NCBI RefSeq assembly: GCF_964355755.1
Contig: NC_092680.1
Span: forward strand, 19,415,045 to 19,479,044
DNA: 64,000 nucleotides
Reading direction: 5' to 3'
Origin: Antedon mediterranea
Lineage: Eukaryota > Animalia > Echinodermata
Positions 14,153 through 27,127 of this stretch are shown here, piece by piece; position 1 is the first letter of the stretch, and every line of letters starts with the position of its first letter. The notes under the pieces were generated by a model, which had not been told where the DNA came from, ran no database searches, and saw only the letters and a program-made list of their open reading frames with translations. Made by a program: the position numbers and the translations under genes.

Positions 14153-17100
14153 ACTAGACATGTAACTCGTCACTTTGACGAGTTAGTTATCCGCACGACA
14201 AACGCCACGTGCACGTCATACGTTAGAATATTGCACACAGAAAAAAATTATGGCATTATGACCTGATCTGAAGAATATGATATGTTGTTAGTGCTGAATT
14301 CTGTCAATTTTGTGTCATATAGTATATACATGCAAACAGTATAATCTGTATACATGTTACATACAGTGTAGAATAGGTGAAATTACGGGACCCGCCATTT
14401 ATTCAAATTTGTAACATGGCGACGGTATCAAGATGAAACACTAAGATATAGCAATTTCGGAAGCAAATTATCTCAGCAACAACATATTAACGTGTAGAAG
14501 AAATTTGAATACGTTTAATATTGATGCGCGCTCTTTTAAATATAATGAACTATGATGCAAAAGATGAAAATACGACTTTTTTTATTTAACTTGCAATATG
14601 ATGACGTCACAGCATCTGATTGGCAAAATGTTCACATGATTTAATATCTACAATCCAAGAGCTTCCAGAAAATGTTTTAATCATGATTATCACATTTTAT
14701 TTTGACGGGCTATTACAGATTAAAATTTACTGTAAAGATGAAATTAATGACCCACGTAATTAAAATTTTTAGGCATGATGACGTCATAAAAATTAAAATA
14801 TTTTTATCTCATGCGAAAGATAGTTGATTGACCTAGACAATATTAAAATCTCGGAGAAAAAGAAATACATATAAGCGTGATGCGCTCCATTGAATGTGAT
14901 GAGCAATAACGAAAGACAAAAAAATCCTATATTTTACATTCGTGTGGCCATATGATGACGTCACAACATCCGTGAGGTAAAAATTCTGCATGAATTCATA
15001 TCTACAACATATCTGCTTACATATTAAGTTAAAAAAATTAGGGGTAATCGTTGATCCTGAGAAGCTATAAAACATTCAAAATAGGCATAATTTTGACAAC
15101 ATTTTGTAACTTTTTCAACTAAAACGCGCGCAAATGGGCTAAATCAACGTGTTCGTATGACGTAATTTTAATTTGAAATGATGTCAATCTTTTTGAAAAT
15201 GACTAGGAAAGGCTGGAAAATCACAATTCAAGAGAAAAAAACATGATTTTCATGCTCTATGCGCACCGTGCGCGTAATATTTTTCGCGCGCGCGGTAATT
15301 TTGTACATGCTTAAAATGACATGAAACGCGTAGAAAGTTGATTAGAAATTATTTTTGCGCATTTTGAAATTTTAAATGCGCGTGCGCGCGTAACTTTGTG
15401 TAAAACACGCAATTTTTTTCCAACAGAAAGTTAGCGCATGATATAAATTAAACTTTCACAAAGTGTCAATTAAAAATCACTTTTAGTTTTTAATCTATGA
15501 TCAATCATAAAAAATCATAAAATCGCGCGTAAGTCACGTTGCGCAACTCTGACGTAATTCAAAAATAGGAGGTGCACAACTTCACGTAAATGCCCACAGG
15601 TTGTCAAAGTTATAAAATGTTATGTTTACACATTTTAGAGAAACGCTCTACACAAAAATAGCGAGAAAGAAAGAAGAATAATACAGAAAACTAGACATGT
15701 AACTCGTCACTTTGACGAGTTTGGTTATCCGCCGCGCAAGTGGTGAAACATTAACATTAAGGAGATAGGTTGAGGACAAAAGGAAGTGTTCACGTTGGCA
15801 TTATGACCTGAACTGAAGAATATGATATGTTGTTATTGCTGAATTTTATTATTTAAATCCATATATAGTATAGACAGTATAATCTGTATCCATATCACAT
15901 ACAGTGTAGAATAGGTGAAATTACGGGACCCGCTATTTATTGCAATTTTTAACATGTTGACGGTTTTAAAATGAAACGCGAAGGTAGTAATTCCGAAAGC
16001 AAATTATCTCAGCAACAACGTATTAACGTGTAGAAGAAATTTGAATACGTGAAATATTGATGCGCGCTCTTTTAAATGTAATGAATTATGACGCAAAAGA
16101 TGAAAATACGACCTTTTTTATTTAACTGGCCATATGATGACGTCACAACATCCGATTGGCAACATTTTTACATAATTTCGTATCTACAATCCAATAGCTT
16201 CCAGAAAAAGTTTTAATCGTGATTATCACATTTTATTCTTACGAGCTATAACAGATTAAAATTTACTGTAAAGATGAAATTACTGCCACACGTGATATTA
16301 ATTTTTAGGCATGATGACGTCAAAAAAATTAAAATATTTTTAACTCATGCGAAAGATAGTTGATTGACCTAGACAATGTCAAAATCGGGGTGAAAATGGA
16401 AAACGGATAAGTGGAGATGCGCTCTATTCAATGTGATGAGCTATGACGAAAGATACAAAAATCCTAAATTTTCTATTCGCGTGGCCATACGATGACGTCA
16501 AAATGTCCGGTTAGCCATATTAATACCTGATCCGATATCTACAACTCATCTACTTCCAGAATATCCCATCCACAAAAAGTTGACCTTCTAGTTTAGAAAT
16601 TACGACTGTTTAAAAAAAGGCATATTTTAAACGAATTTTTTAACATTTTCATAAAAAACGCGCGCAAATTGTCCAATTCGACGTGCTCGTATGACGTATC
16701 TTTAAGTCGAAATTGTTTAAAATTTGGTAAAATTACTAGAAAAAGCTGGAAAAACATAAATCACGCGAAAAAAAATCGTTTTCCATGCTACGTGCGCACC
16801 GCACACGTAAAAATGTGCGCACGCGTGGGAATTTTTGACATGCTTAAAACGACATGAAACGCGTAGAAAGTTGATTATAAATTAATTTTGCGCATTTTGA
16901 AATTTTAAATGCGCGTGCGCGCGTAACTTTGTGTAAAACACGCAATTTTTTTTCAACAGAAAGTTAGCGCATGATATAAATTAAACTTTTGCAAAGTTTC
17001 ACTTTAAAATGTTATTTGGTTTTCGATATATGTTAAATACGAGAAAATCGTTAAATCGCGCGTACGTCACGTTGCGCAATTGTAAACATCATGAAAAGCT

Positions 17101-17339
17101 TCGCTTGACGACGTTACATAAATTTCAAAATGTTAACATAGGTAACAAAATGTTATGTTTGCAAGTTTTAGAGAAAAGCGTTACACAAAAATCATACAGA
17201 AAGAAAGAAGAAAAATAAAAAGTTGATGTTGATGATTTCGTACAATCACAAGAGGTTATCCTGCAACTTCGTTGCGGATAACCAAAAATATTGATCCCAT
17301 ACAATAACAAGGAGTTATCCGCCAAGTGCGGATAACTAA
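14153..17339 (-). mobile_element. Non-autonomous Helentron (HINE-like) copy C, interrupted by copy D
   Basis: actagac..ctcgtcactttgacgag-ttagttatccgc at 14153; matching gttatccgc-caagt-gcggataactaa end at 17313-17339. Confidence 0.75.
15690..17285 (-). mobile_element. Non-autonomous Helentron (HINE-like) copy D, nested in C
   Basis: Same terminal hairpin at 15690; own subTIR variant ttGgttatccgc / gcggataacCaa at both ends. Confidence 0.75.
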
Positions 17340-17714
17340 AAAGAGATCAATAGAATTATCTTTAACAACACAATTATTAAAAAGAAGACAAATACGTGAA
17401 ATAAATCCATTCTTGGTAACATTAACACGACAATACGGCACATAAAGAAGATTACATTTGGAATTACGAGTACGACAACCAACAGCTTTAACATGAAAGG
17501 AAAACAAGGATAAATTAAAACAAATTGTTACCAGGAAATAATTTCGCCAAAACCTATACAAAACTACCTTTAAACTGCTAATCTACACATTTATAAAATT
17601 AAATAACAATAAAAATATAATACAACACTATGTTTGTAGACTTAAAATTCAGTTTGATTTAGCAATATTATTAAACTAAATTTTTAAAATAAAATTATTC
17701 CCTGGTTGAATTGA

Positions 17715-17989
17715 AATATTTTATTTATACTGGGCAACCTCTTGAGTCAAAGACTGGTTCCCAGAGGGCCCAGTTATAATCAGTGGCTGTGATGTACTAG
17801 TACACCGGGATAACCCCCTACTCGTCTTGAAACATTTACTAGTGCACATGAGCTAGATGTGTACACTGGACCTACAGTTTATAGCCCTTATCCGAGAAGA
17901 CTAGTCTTCCACCAGAACTATGGACCTTGCCAATGTTATGGTTACGTAATTACAGTCCCACTGTCTTAACCGCTCGGCCACTCACTTGG
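17715..17989 (-). mobile_element. tRNA-derived SINE with Deu/Nin-like central domain
   Basis: Head GTGAGTGGCCGAGCGGTTAAG; TCGGATAAGG..AAACTGTAGGTCC..TTCAAGACGAGTAGGGGGTTATCCCGGTG resembles the Deu domain as recalled; B-box region appears deleted. Confidence 0.65.
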
Positions 17990-18539
17990 TATGAACATAT
18001 TTTCTTGACGTAAAATTCTGGACCTTTTCACTGATATAACAAATATATTTTGTACACAGCAGCTAATGTACGGTACATTACATTTACATAATAACTACCT
18101 ACTAAACTTACTTTTGATTCTTTTATCTGCAACAAGAAAGTAAGAAAGTGAGAGGTTTGTAGGTCATCAGCCCTAGCACTAATTGCTACAAGTACAAATC
18201 ACATCATCCTACAAGACAAAAATAACACATAATCTATTCTGTTACTTAAAAATGCCATATTGAAAATCATAAATATTGTGAGAAAATCCATTTTAAAATC
18301 TATTTGTACTTTTAATAAAAAATGTACAATTTTATGTACAATTAATTCAAATGAAATCTTACACAGTTAACAAATTAACTTACATACACCTTTTATTAAG
18401 GCCATTTTACACAGACAAGCAGCTAACGATAAAGCGGTAAACAAAAATATAGAATCTATGTTGTTTCTTATGACCATTACACACAATGCGATAGATACAG
18501 ACTGTACTATATTTATTTTATATGTTCTGAATGTTTAGT

Positions 18540-19270
18540 TTTTCGCGCCGCGGCTTAAGCCAGCAATGTCCGAAGAGGAAATACTCATTAAGAAGCTTTA
18601 TCATCGCGTTAGCTATAGTTTTAAGACCGACAGTTTTGGAAATTTTTAAATTTGACTATAATTTATAGGTCCCTAAAAAAATGTCTGGGAAAAGGGAGTC
18701 TATGAAGGCCAACGGTTGAACGATTTTGGATTCTCGCCCTTTGATTGGTTGAAGCCAATCAACAGACTGCGCAAAGAATGTTCTCACTTGTACCACTGTG
18801 AAGTCACGTTGTCTCTAGAGGGTATTCAGTTGCATGCCTACAGTACAGGTTGAGGTCAAACACACACACAGAACATTAAAGTTCAAAATTGCCATTTTTT
18901 AATTAGTAGATTAATATTTGTTGGCAAATAATACATTGTTGGAAAGGTACACATGTCTTCTTTCAAATGCTGTTAAAAATTAGCAGAAATATCAATTATT
19001 TAATGAAATACAACCAGATTACTAACACCCACCAAAATGAACATGATGTGATTTATAATTAAATAGATGTTAGATTTTGTGTATTTTTGCGATTAACGAA
19101 CATATTTGTATTTTGTTACACGTTTCCATGGTAACAAAAACATATTTTCTATAAATTACTAATAATATATCTGAAGAAAGAACAATGAATAATTTTAAAA
19201 TGTCAAGCGGCGTTTTTTGTAAGAAATATTTCTTGTACAACAGCCATTTTATCACTTGGCTGCCGCCTAG
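18540..19270 (+). repeat. Unclassified interspersed repeat, longer copy
   Basis: Colinear with 39970-40430 (gttgtctctagagggtattcagttgcatgcc; atatctgaagaaagaacaatga). Confidence 0.65.
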
Positions 19271-19736
19271 TTTGATACTATCTCAATGTACAGTATGTTA
19301 CTTTTGCAGTGCATACAAATCATTATTTATACATTATTTTTAACCATCTTATTATTGGTTTTACTGGACTGCACAGTTGGATATTATAATAATATTCTAA
19401 CATATATTTTAAGCAGCTTCAATTAGACAAACTACATTACAAAAACCACCAACCAAAATATATTGGATAGTTATAAATTTACCAACTGTTTTGAACATCA
19501 TTTCTGTACAGTACTGTATCTTTATAGTGGCATGCTTTGGTATTGGTAACGTTGGAAAGCTACGTTGTTGCATACGAGCAAAAGGCAAAATCTAGCTTAA
19601 TTTTTATTAATCAGAAAACTGTTTTATGCCAAATGATCATGTGATAATACACTCAGTACACCTTTGTATTGTAATCAAACTTCAACTTTCCCCTAATTCA
19701 AAGCCATTGTTGGATTCCCTTTTCTAGGTTAAGTTA

Positions 19737-19828
19737 AACCAGGGAGTTGTTAATAACAACTCCCTGGTTAAACCATAGCTTTAATTTCACAATGATCATT
19801 GTGAAATTAAAGCTATGGTTTAACCAGG
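19737..19828. repeat. Two overlapping near-perfect palindromes (33 bp and 66 bp)
   Basis: aaccagggagttgtta-a-taacaactccctggtt and cctggttaaaccatagctttaatttcacaatga|tcattgtgaaattaaagctatggtttaaccagg. Confidence 0.9.
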
Positions 19829-20162
19829 TCAAAGATGGACCTACATTGTTATTCACTCAATAAATAACAATTATACAGTATTATAAATTAAAAGATTTTT
19901 TTAAATAAACTGTTTATTTAAAAAAATCTGAATGCATTTGTTGGTCAGCTTTCCAAACTATTTAATTTTAAGGATCATTTACAGTAAAAAATATTCTATA
20001 TAACTGCAGTTACAACTAAGGATTCTTAAGTTATTCTACTACAATTACTGCAGTAACTACAAATAAGAGGTTTGTTCGTTTATATGTAGGGGATTACGAC
20101 GCAGTCACTGCAATAAACAGTGTGATGATTGCCCCAACAAACACCAAGAATATACTGTACAC

Positions 20163-20366
20163 CAGTAGCGTCACTGCTAGTGCTACAATATGAGCACTCA
20201 CTGGTAAAATCCAGGGGCCCCGAGGCTTATGGGGGCCTCGGAGTTTATGGGGGCCCTGGAGCTTATGGGAGCCCCTGAGCAGTGCCCAGAGGAAGAAAAC
20301 ATGCATTATGTTGAAAAAGGCTAAAAACGCCAAGGGCTCCAGCATTCTTCCTATTTTATGCCACTG
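20163..20366. mobile_element. hAT-type MITE with internal GGGGCCC repeats
   Basis: Perfect 8-bp TSD ctgtacac (20155-20162, 20367-20374); imperfect TIRs cagtagcgtca / ttatgccactg. Confidence 0.7.
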
Positions 20367-20896
20367 CTGTACACTATTGTCTGTACATTCAGCTTTACAT
20401 TTCTTTGGCAAACTTCCCTAAAATAATACAATTATGATAAATTGGTTTAGCACTTGGAAGATTAAATATTAATTGATTCAGTTTAAAGTCCACATCAAGT
20501 TTGTCTGATGTTATCAACATACATTGCTCTAATGAACACGGTGACCGCAGTCAAAATGTCTCCATACTGTAGCATTATTAAGATGACCCCATCAGCCGAC
20601 TCAAGGAGGGTTCAAGAATTGAAACTATTTTATCAAGAAATGTACTATATACTTTTTTTTACTTTTTTGTTTTATATTTTGAAATATTATTTCATCAAAT
20701 TGACAACAAAAAAGATAAATATACCCTTTTGTTACATAATTGAAAAAGCTGTATTGTTGTACTGTAATGTAATAAATATTATCAATAAAACACACAAACA
20801 CAATGAATATTATGCATATATAATAATTCTAGGACCCTGCCTTGCTATCTGACTGCATGATATTGGAGTTATATTTTGCAGTTCGCTCATGAGTCT

Positions 20897-21429
20897 TAAG
20901 CTCTGGCGGGTATTGCTAAACACCGCAAACCTCCAAAAAACCATAGCAAACCCCACCGAACCAACATAAAAGTGATTGAATAATGTAGTGTACGACCCAC
21001 TGGGTATATAAATTATTACATTTCTACTGTTAACTACTTTTTTGGGGATAAAACATCATCTTTTGGCTAAAAATTAGCAATAATTTTTGACCAAAAAATG
21101 ATGTTTTACCCCAAAAATAAGTAGTTAACAGTAGAAATTTAATATTTTTTTTACATGGATATACCCAGTGGGTTGTAAACTACATGATTCAATCACTTTT
21201 AAGTTGGTTCAATGGGGTTTGCTATATTTTGTTGGAGGTTTGCGGGGGTTTGCGGGGTTTAGCAATACCCACTCTGGCTACACTATCAAACTTTATGTGA
21301 CAACAAAATGCGATGCCCATATATAGACATGATGATGTCATATCACTACCATATTTAATCATATTACTACCATATTTGGGCACATCACACTTTTTTTGTC
21401 ATACTAGTTTGATAGTGTAGACAAAGCTT
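20897..21429. mobile_element. MITE, same family, interrupted by a fold-back element
   Basis: taagctctggc | insertion | actctggctacactatcaaac ... gtgtagacaaagcttta. Confidence 0.7.
20908..21270. mobile_element. Fold-back MITE with GGG termini and 8-bp TSD
   Basis: Whole 363 bp is an imperfect inverted repeat (gggtattgctaaac...gtttagcaataccc); flanks gctctggc/actctggc. Confidence 0.8.
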
Positions 21430-21991
21430 TACAGTCATACACTCGAACACAACTCTGTAAGTATCACATAAAAAATTACAACTTACAAGCAGGGAATTCA
21501 AAATTAATTCTTTTTATGCATTACAAAATTATTGATTTCTACAATGTACATGTACAGTAACTGAGTGGTTTGAATATTTTGATATTAAATGAAATATGCT
21601 ATACTTTATAGATTGCGCTAATTATTGTATTCATTGCTCTAATTTCTTTCATAATGCAATCAAGTGGATACAATAATAATTAAATGTTTCTGTTTATTAT
21701 GAATTAGTAGTAGTAATAATATGTACCAATATTTTTATGCACATTGAGTATAGTATTCTCAGGTGGGACAAATTATGTCGTAAACATCTTTCTACTTTAA
21801 TTCCTGACGCAAACAAAATAATTTGTTACGTCAGGAATAACTTAAATTATTTGTTCCATGAATGTGTTCATAACGTTGGATTTGGGTTTAACAAACACTC
21901 AAAAATAGGAAAGAAATATATTCGGTTTATGGTCTGACATTTTTTCTACAGGAAGCCAAAGCTAGGCTGGACTGATAGTTACAGTAGTACA

Positions 21992-22165
21992 GGCTGTAGC
22001 TTGGTGGTTATTAACATGCTTGCCTTCCAATGCCATAGTCCAGGGTTCAATCCTGACCTAATGCAATGGTCAAGCAAATAAAAATTCCACTCCTTAAGCC
22101 TCAAATAAAACTTAGTAAAAGGACGATAAATTATAAATTAGTTTATCCATCCAGTGATTCGTTCG
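21992..22165 (+). mobile_element. Old tRNA-derived SINE (same family as 3126-3310)
   Basis: Shared A/B-box-like head and body. Confidence 0.6.
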
Positions 22166-24859
22166 TTATTCGTTTTCAGATGCAAATGAATTTTATTTTT
22201 TAAAATTCCAATTCCATGCAAGTGTTTTTAATTATATTTTTCCTTCTGTATTTGAACAGATGGCTGAAAAGAAAATGATTATGGTGGTAGGCTAAAATTT
22301 AATCATACAGCAGGCCTTTTGCCAAGTGATTGCGTTGGTATTGGAAACTGCAGTAAACACACTACTACTAGATAAGTCAAGACCCAAAAGATTTATTTGT
22401 ATTTGAATAAAAAAAAATCACCAAACTTCGTGAAATACAGCCTGAAATGTTGTTGATGAAAATGAGTCCATTTCTTTCATTAATTTTTATTATATTTAAA
22501 ATCTACAATAGTTGAAGATTCTGGAAGATCACATTTACCTTTATTCGTAAGCAATTAATCGGATTGTCTGTATTTAACTCTTGATGCAATCCGGTTACGT
22601 CACAGACCGGTCATTATAAAGAAATAAATTTACTATAGTGAATTACAACGTTTTGGATCATGTGATGCCATCTCAACCAAGCACGTTAATAGGCTATGTA
22701 ATATTTCATAATACAGTACTTACAGTATCATGGTCTTTTTTTGTTATTGAAATTCATTTAAAAGAAAATAAAAATGAAAATGTCCTTTAGTTTTGTTATA
22801 ACATACAAATGTCTATTTATATTATTAAAACATACAATGTATATTTATATCATTAAAAAGTCAAGGTTAAAATTATAAATAAAAAAAAAACAGAATATCG
22901 TCTTTCTCAATTGTTACGCAGGTCTTACGACAGAGACACAGACCATGCAATAACTTGTAATTACAATAATTAATAATTTATTTGGAAGCTACATTTTTTA
23001 ATGAAGATGCGTCCAGAGTAAGCAAAATAAAACTTTAACAATATAGGCCTCTAGTCAAATTTATAACAAAATATACAGAACTGAATATTAAATGAAACAA
23101 TATTAAACAACCTATTTGAAATAAAGATTATTTACATCTCCATACAGTACTTACTCAACAAAGCCTATGCAGTGACTATGCATTTTTTAATGCTTGACCT
23201 ATTTGTTGAAATGAAAGAAAGGACAATGAACAGAAAATATGAATAGAAAATATGAATAGAAGAACCTTGTGGTTTGGCAGCATGCAGGGATTGGATATTT
23301 GCTCCTTGTGAATGTACTACACAATTGGACTCAAATACCATCCTGTTTATTCCTGTTTTGCAACAATGAATACAGACAGTATAGTGGAAAAGAATGAGTG
23401 TTTCTAGCCTGACATTCAATACCCTACTGAAAGAAAACGAAATAAATAAATAAATAAACAATTGTATATGCCTTGTTCCATATTGATATAAATATCTCAT
23501 GCTTGTTCATAATGCTCTATTTATAAGTATTTTAAACAGAAAAAAACAAGCAGTTATATGTACCTATACTGTACCCAACTGTGAAGGTGTCTGAGTATGT
23601 GTTTACAAAATAAAGCACCCTGAGAATTTGTGCTGGCATAGTCTGGGCTCCAGACGGAGTTTTGTCTTAATATTGGTAAAAATATAAATATTTTTGCACA
23701 TATGGCGTTTCATACGTGTATTACTTGAGTTTCTATTTGTATTTTCAGACAAAAATCAAAACGACGATGTGTGGAATGACATAAAAAAGACAATAAATAC
23801 AGACTTGGAGCAACTCTTGTGCTGGCACAAGAGTGCCATAAACGAAACCTAGTTATAGGTACATGTATGCGAATGTGAAGGTGTCTAAAGTATTATAACA
23901 GCTGGGTAAGCGTAACATGACACCAGATAACAATATTAATTTTGCAGGGGTAAAGTAGCATGATTGTATAGAATTCTCATAAATTCTTTCTGGCAAAGGT
24001 GACTGTGCAGTCTTACAGGACCAGTCCCCTGTACATTTTCTGGGTCAACTCCGGCCTCCAAAGTCTCACTATATTCAGATAAACAGCCATTAAAAAAATA
24101 TGGGGAAACTTAAGATTCGTAACAGTAACACCCTTATAAAAAAGGTCTCTGTGGTCTAAAAAAGCTATTTTTGTTTTCTCAAATTTGCCATTGGTGAATA
24201 AAGAATTTAATAATAATAATACACTACAGTACCTATAATAAGTTGATCAAGACTAACTTCCAAGAAGGATTATATTATTATGCATCATAATGTACAATTC
24301 ATATGCAAACTACAGTAACATTTTAATATTATTCAATACATAATATAATAATTTCCATTAAAAGTTGTCAGAATTAATCTATCTAGCCTACTGTAGGTAT
24401 CACTATGAAAGGAGCTTCTATGTGCACTGATTATTGTGTGTGGGTTTAAAATCTGTGATAACCGTAATGGGTTCAGTGTTGGTCAATGTTAACAGATACC
24501 CTGGTAAAAACCAAGAATTAGAAATAAAGGAAATCCCATAATTATCATTATAAACAAATTCTTGCGCATTTCCTTCTAGGTCTGAAACGTATGAGTAACC
24601 AACCTGGTAAAATAAATGACTCATTTAAATATCATTTATAGTTATACTACAGGCTGTACTATCATCAGTAACTAGATACAAATTCAGTTTAAAAACAACC
24701 CTGTTTGCTGAATAAAAACTTGTCCTAGTGTCCACAATTCTTTCGACAACCAATGATATTCTTATTCAAATTTACTCTTTCAGATACAGAAAAAGTATCC
24801 ATTAATATCACTGGATACAATCATTTTTACTTTAGTGTATTCAGAATTGTATTATTTCT

Positions 24860-25045
24860 GGGGCCCTGCTCTGAGGCTGCTTAGTCCGGGGTCCTGCTCT
24901 GGGGCCCCCTTAGTCCGGGGCCCTGCCCTGAGGCTGCTTAGTCCGGGGCCCTGCTCTGAGGCCTCTTAGTTCAGGGAACTGCTCCGAGGCCCCCATAGTC
25001 CGGACCCTGCTCTGAGGCCTCTTACAGTAGTTCAGGGCCCCTGGG
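24860..25045 (+). repeat. ~28-29-bp GC-rich tandem repeat (about 6 copies)
   Basis: ttagtccggggccctgctctgaggc.. Confidence 0.8.
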
Positions 25046-26279
25046 TTTAGCCAGTAAGCAGTCATAATGCTGAATATTGTGCTTTTATGTCTGAACTGTG
25101 CAAACATTTAATAAAAATTTATCAGAAAGTGAAACCAAATAGTATACTATTAATAATGAAACCAAACATCAACAAGGAAGATGTTGAATATTTTATTGTC
25201 ATAGATTGTATCATAGATACTGTAGTGTAAGCCTCACATCACCAAATATCGTCTTATTTTAAAGACAACAAAAGTTATCGCAATAGGACAATAATAGTAA
25301 TTATTTTTACATTAAATATAGTTTGTGACCTTAAATTAGATCTAAAAAAATTTATGGCATGGGGCTTTAATCTATACCATAAACAAAACATGTAGTCATT
25401 AAAAATATGCCATGGTTAGAGTTCCATGCAACTGCCTATTGTTACACAATTAAACATACACTAACTCTGAGACGATCTTAAAAAAAAAAATTTCTTTTAT
25501 TTTAGGATGAGTAAAGATGATGGTGAGTATTAAAAGACAAAAGCGAATTTTATTTTTAAATTGTGTTTAATTGATCGACAATCGAACCTACAAAACCACT
25601 AGATCCCTAGCCGCAGTTCGCAGAAAAAAAGAAGTGTTAAACTTTATACATAGTTTATAAAAATGTGCATGTATGAGAGATTTTCAATTGACCAATCAAT
25701 TGCATCCATTCTGCCAGATAAACAATTAACAACAATAATTACAAATGTAGTGCCTATCTAAATAGAAAATGTATTTAGCCATTATAGTCTTTGCCTTTTT
25801 TACGAAACGAAAGACATCTTCGATCGATGCTGTGCAGGAAAGCGTAACAAACAGAAAAAACATAGCTCGACTACAGTAGCATATTTTCGCAGATTACAGT
25901 ACATGTGCTTGATTTAAGTTGATTACATTTTTAAAGAATTTACTGAGGGCCTGTTCGAATGCGGTTTTTTGAGACCGGGTGGCAGTTCCAATTATTCAAT
26001 GTCCTGGGCCAAAAACTGTACTTGTGACATTGTGTGCGACAGAAAATCGGGGTGTATTTATGCAAGTTTGTGTTCCGTTATTGACGTAATGGTTTTTTGA
26101 CATATGAATGATGGAATCTCAATGGCTATCTCATTATTATTTTCTTTTTTCTATGTTGCTGGAGAGTTTCCTGGTAATCAGATGTTGTAAATCTTCTTAC
26201 AACTCCCTGCTTCAACTGTGTCTTTTTGACTGTTGGATTTTATTTTAGGCAATCAGCAAAATTGTAGGACAACTGTTAA

Positions 26280-26960
26280 GCTAGTATTTAGGCCTAGCTA
26301 TAGAAGGTTAGAGAGGTGACATCTTACTCCCTTAAAAGAGGGACTAGCCTAGGCCTACTTATTAGAATAGGGGTTACTATTACTAACCGTAGTCTAGGCT
26401 CTAGGCATACTACTAGGCCTAATCTTCAATCTTCAGAATGATGACTGGACATCGCTGATTTCAGCACTATAATCCAGTGTGTTTGCAGCTTACACGGTAC
26501 GCTACGTGTGCTCGGTTTTATTTATTTATCTATCTAGCCTAGGCGGCCCAGCTGGGTAGAGTTAGTTTAGGCCTGGCCTAGTTAGGCCTAGTAGAGTAGG
26601 CCTAGCCTAGCTAGGCCTACTAGGCCTAGAGGCCTATTAGCTAGGCCCTAGGCTTATTAGCCTAGCTAGGCCTTGGCTATTTAGCCTAATAGGCCCTAGC
26701 CTAATAGGCCCTAGTCTAGCCAGGCTAGTAAAAAGGCGCTAGGGCCTAGGCTAGCAGGGCCTAGGCTAGCAGTCTGGGCGCGCCTCTAGAGGAGGCATAG
26801 GCTAGGCCTAGTAGGCCCTAGCCCTAGCCTAATAGGCCTAGCCTAGGCCTAATAGGCCTACTAGCCTAGCTAGTACTAGTAGGCCTAGCCTAGGCCTAGG
26901 CCCTAGTTAGCTATAGATTATAAAAGCTAGCAGGCCTAGGAGGAATTATGATATTCTAGG
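26280..26960. repeat. Low-complexity CTAG/AGGCCT palindrome-rich tract
   Basis: Dense ctaggcctag/ctagctag words with no fixed period. Confidence 0.85.
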
Positions 26961-27127
26961 CATACTTTTATCCCGTAATTAAAATTAACAACAATGTAGT
27001 TTACCTTATACATCCGATCCGATGTCACCATCCGATGAACCTCTTCTTCTTTTCTTTTTATCTCTCCTCTCTCATTGTTATGTGTTGCATGATGTGTGAT
27101 GTTGCTGCTTGCTGTCGAGTTGTTGTA

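Noticed and set aside
1316-17561. Short ORFs inside the Helentron-like copies as transposase fragments
   Set aside because: No Rep (HUH) or helicase motifs, and the frames are not conserved between copies.
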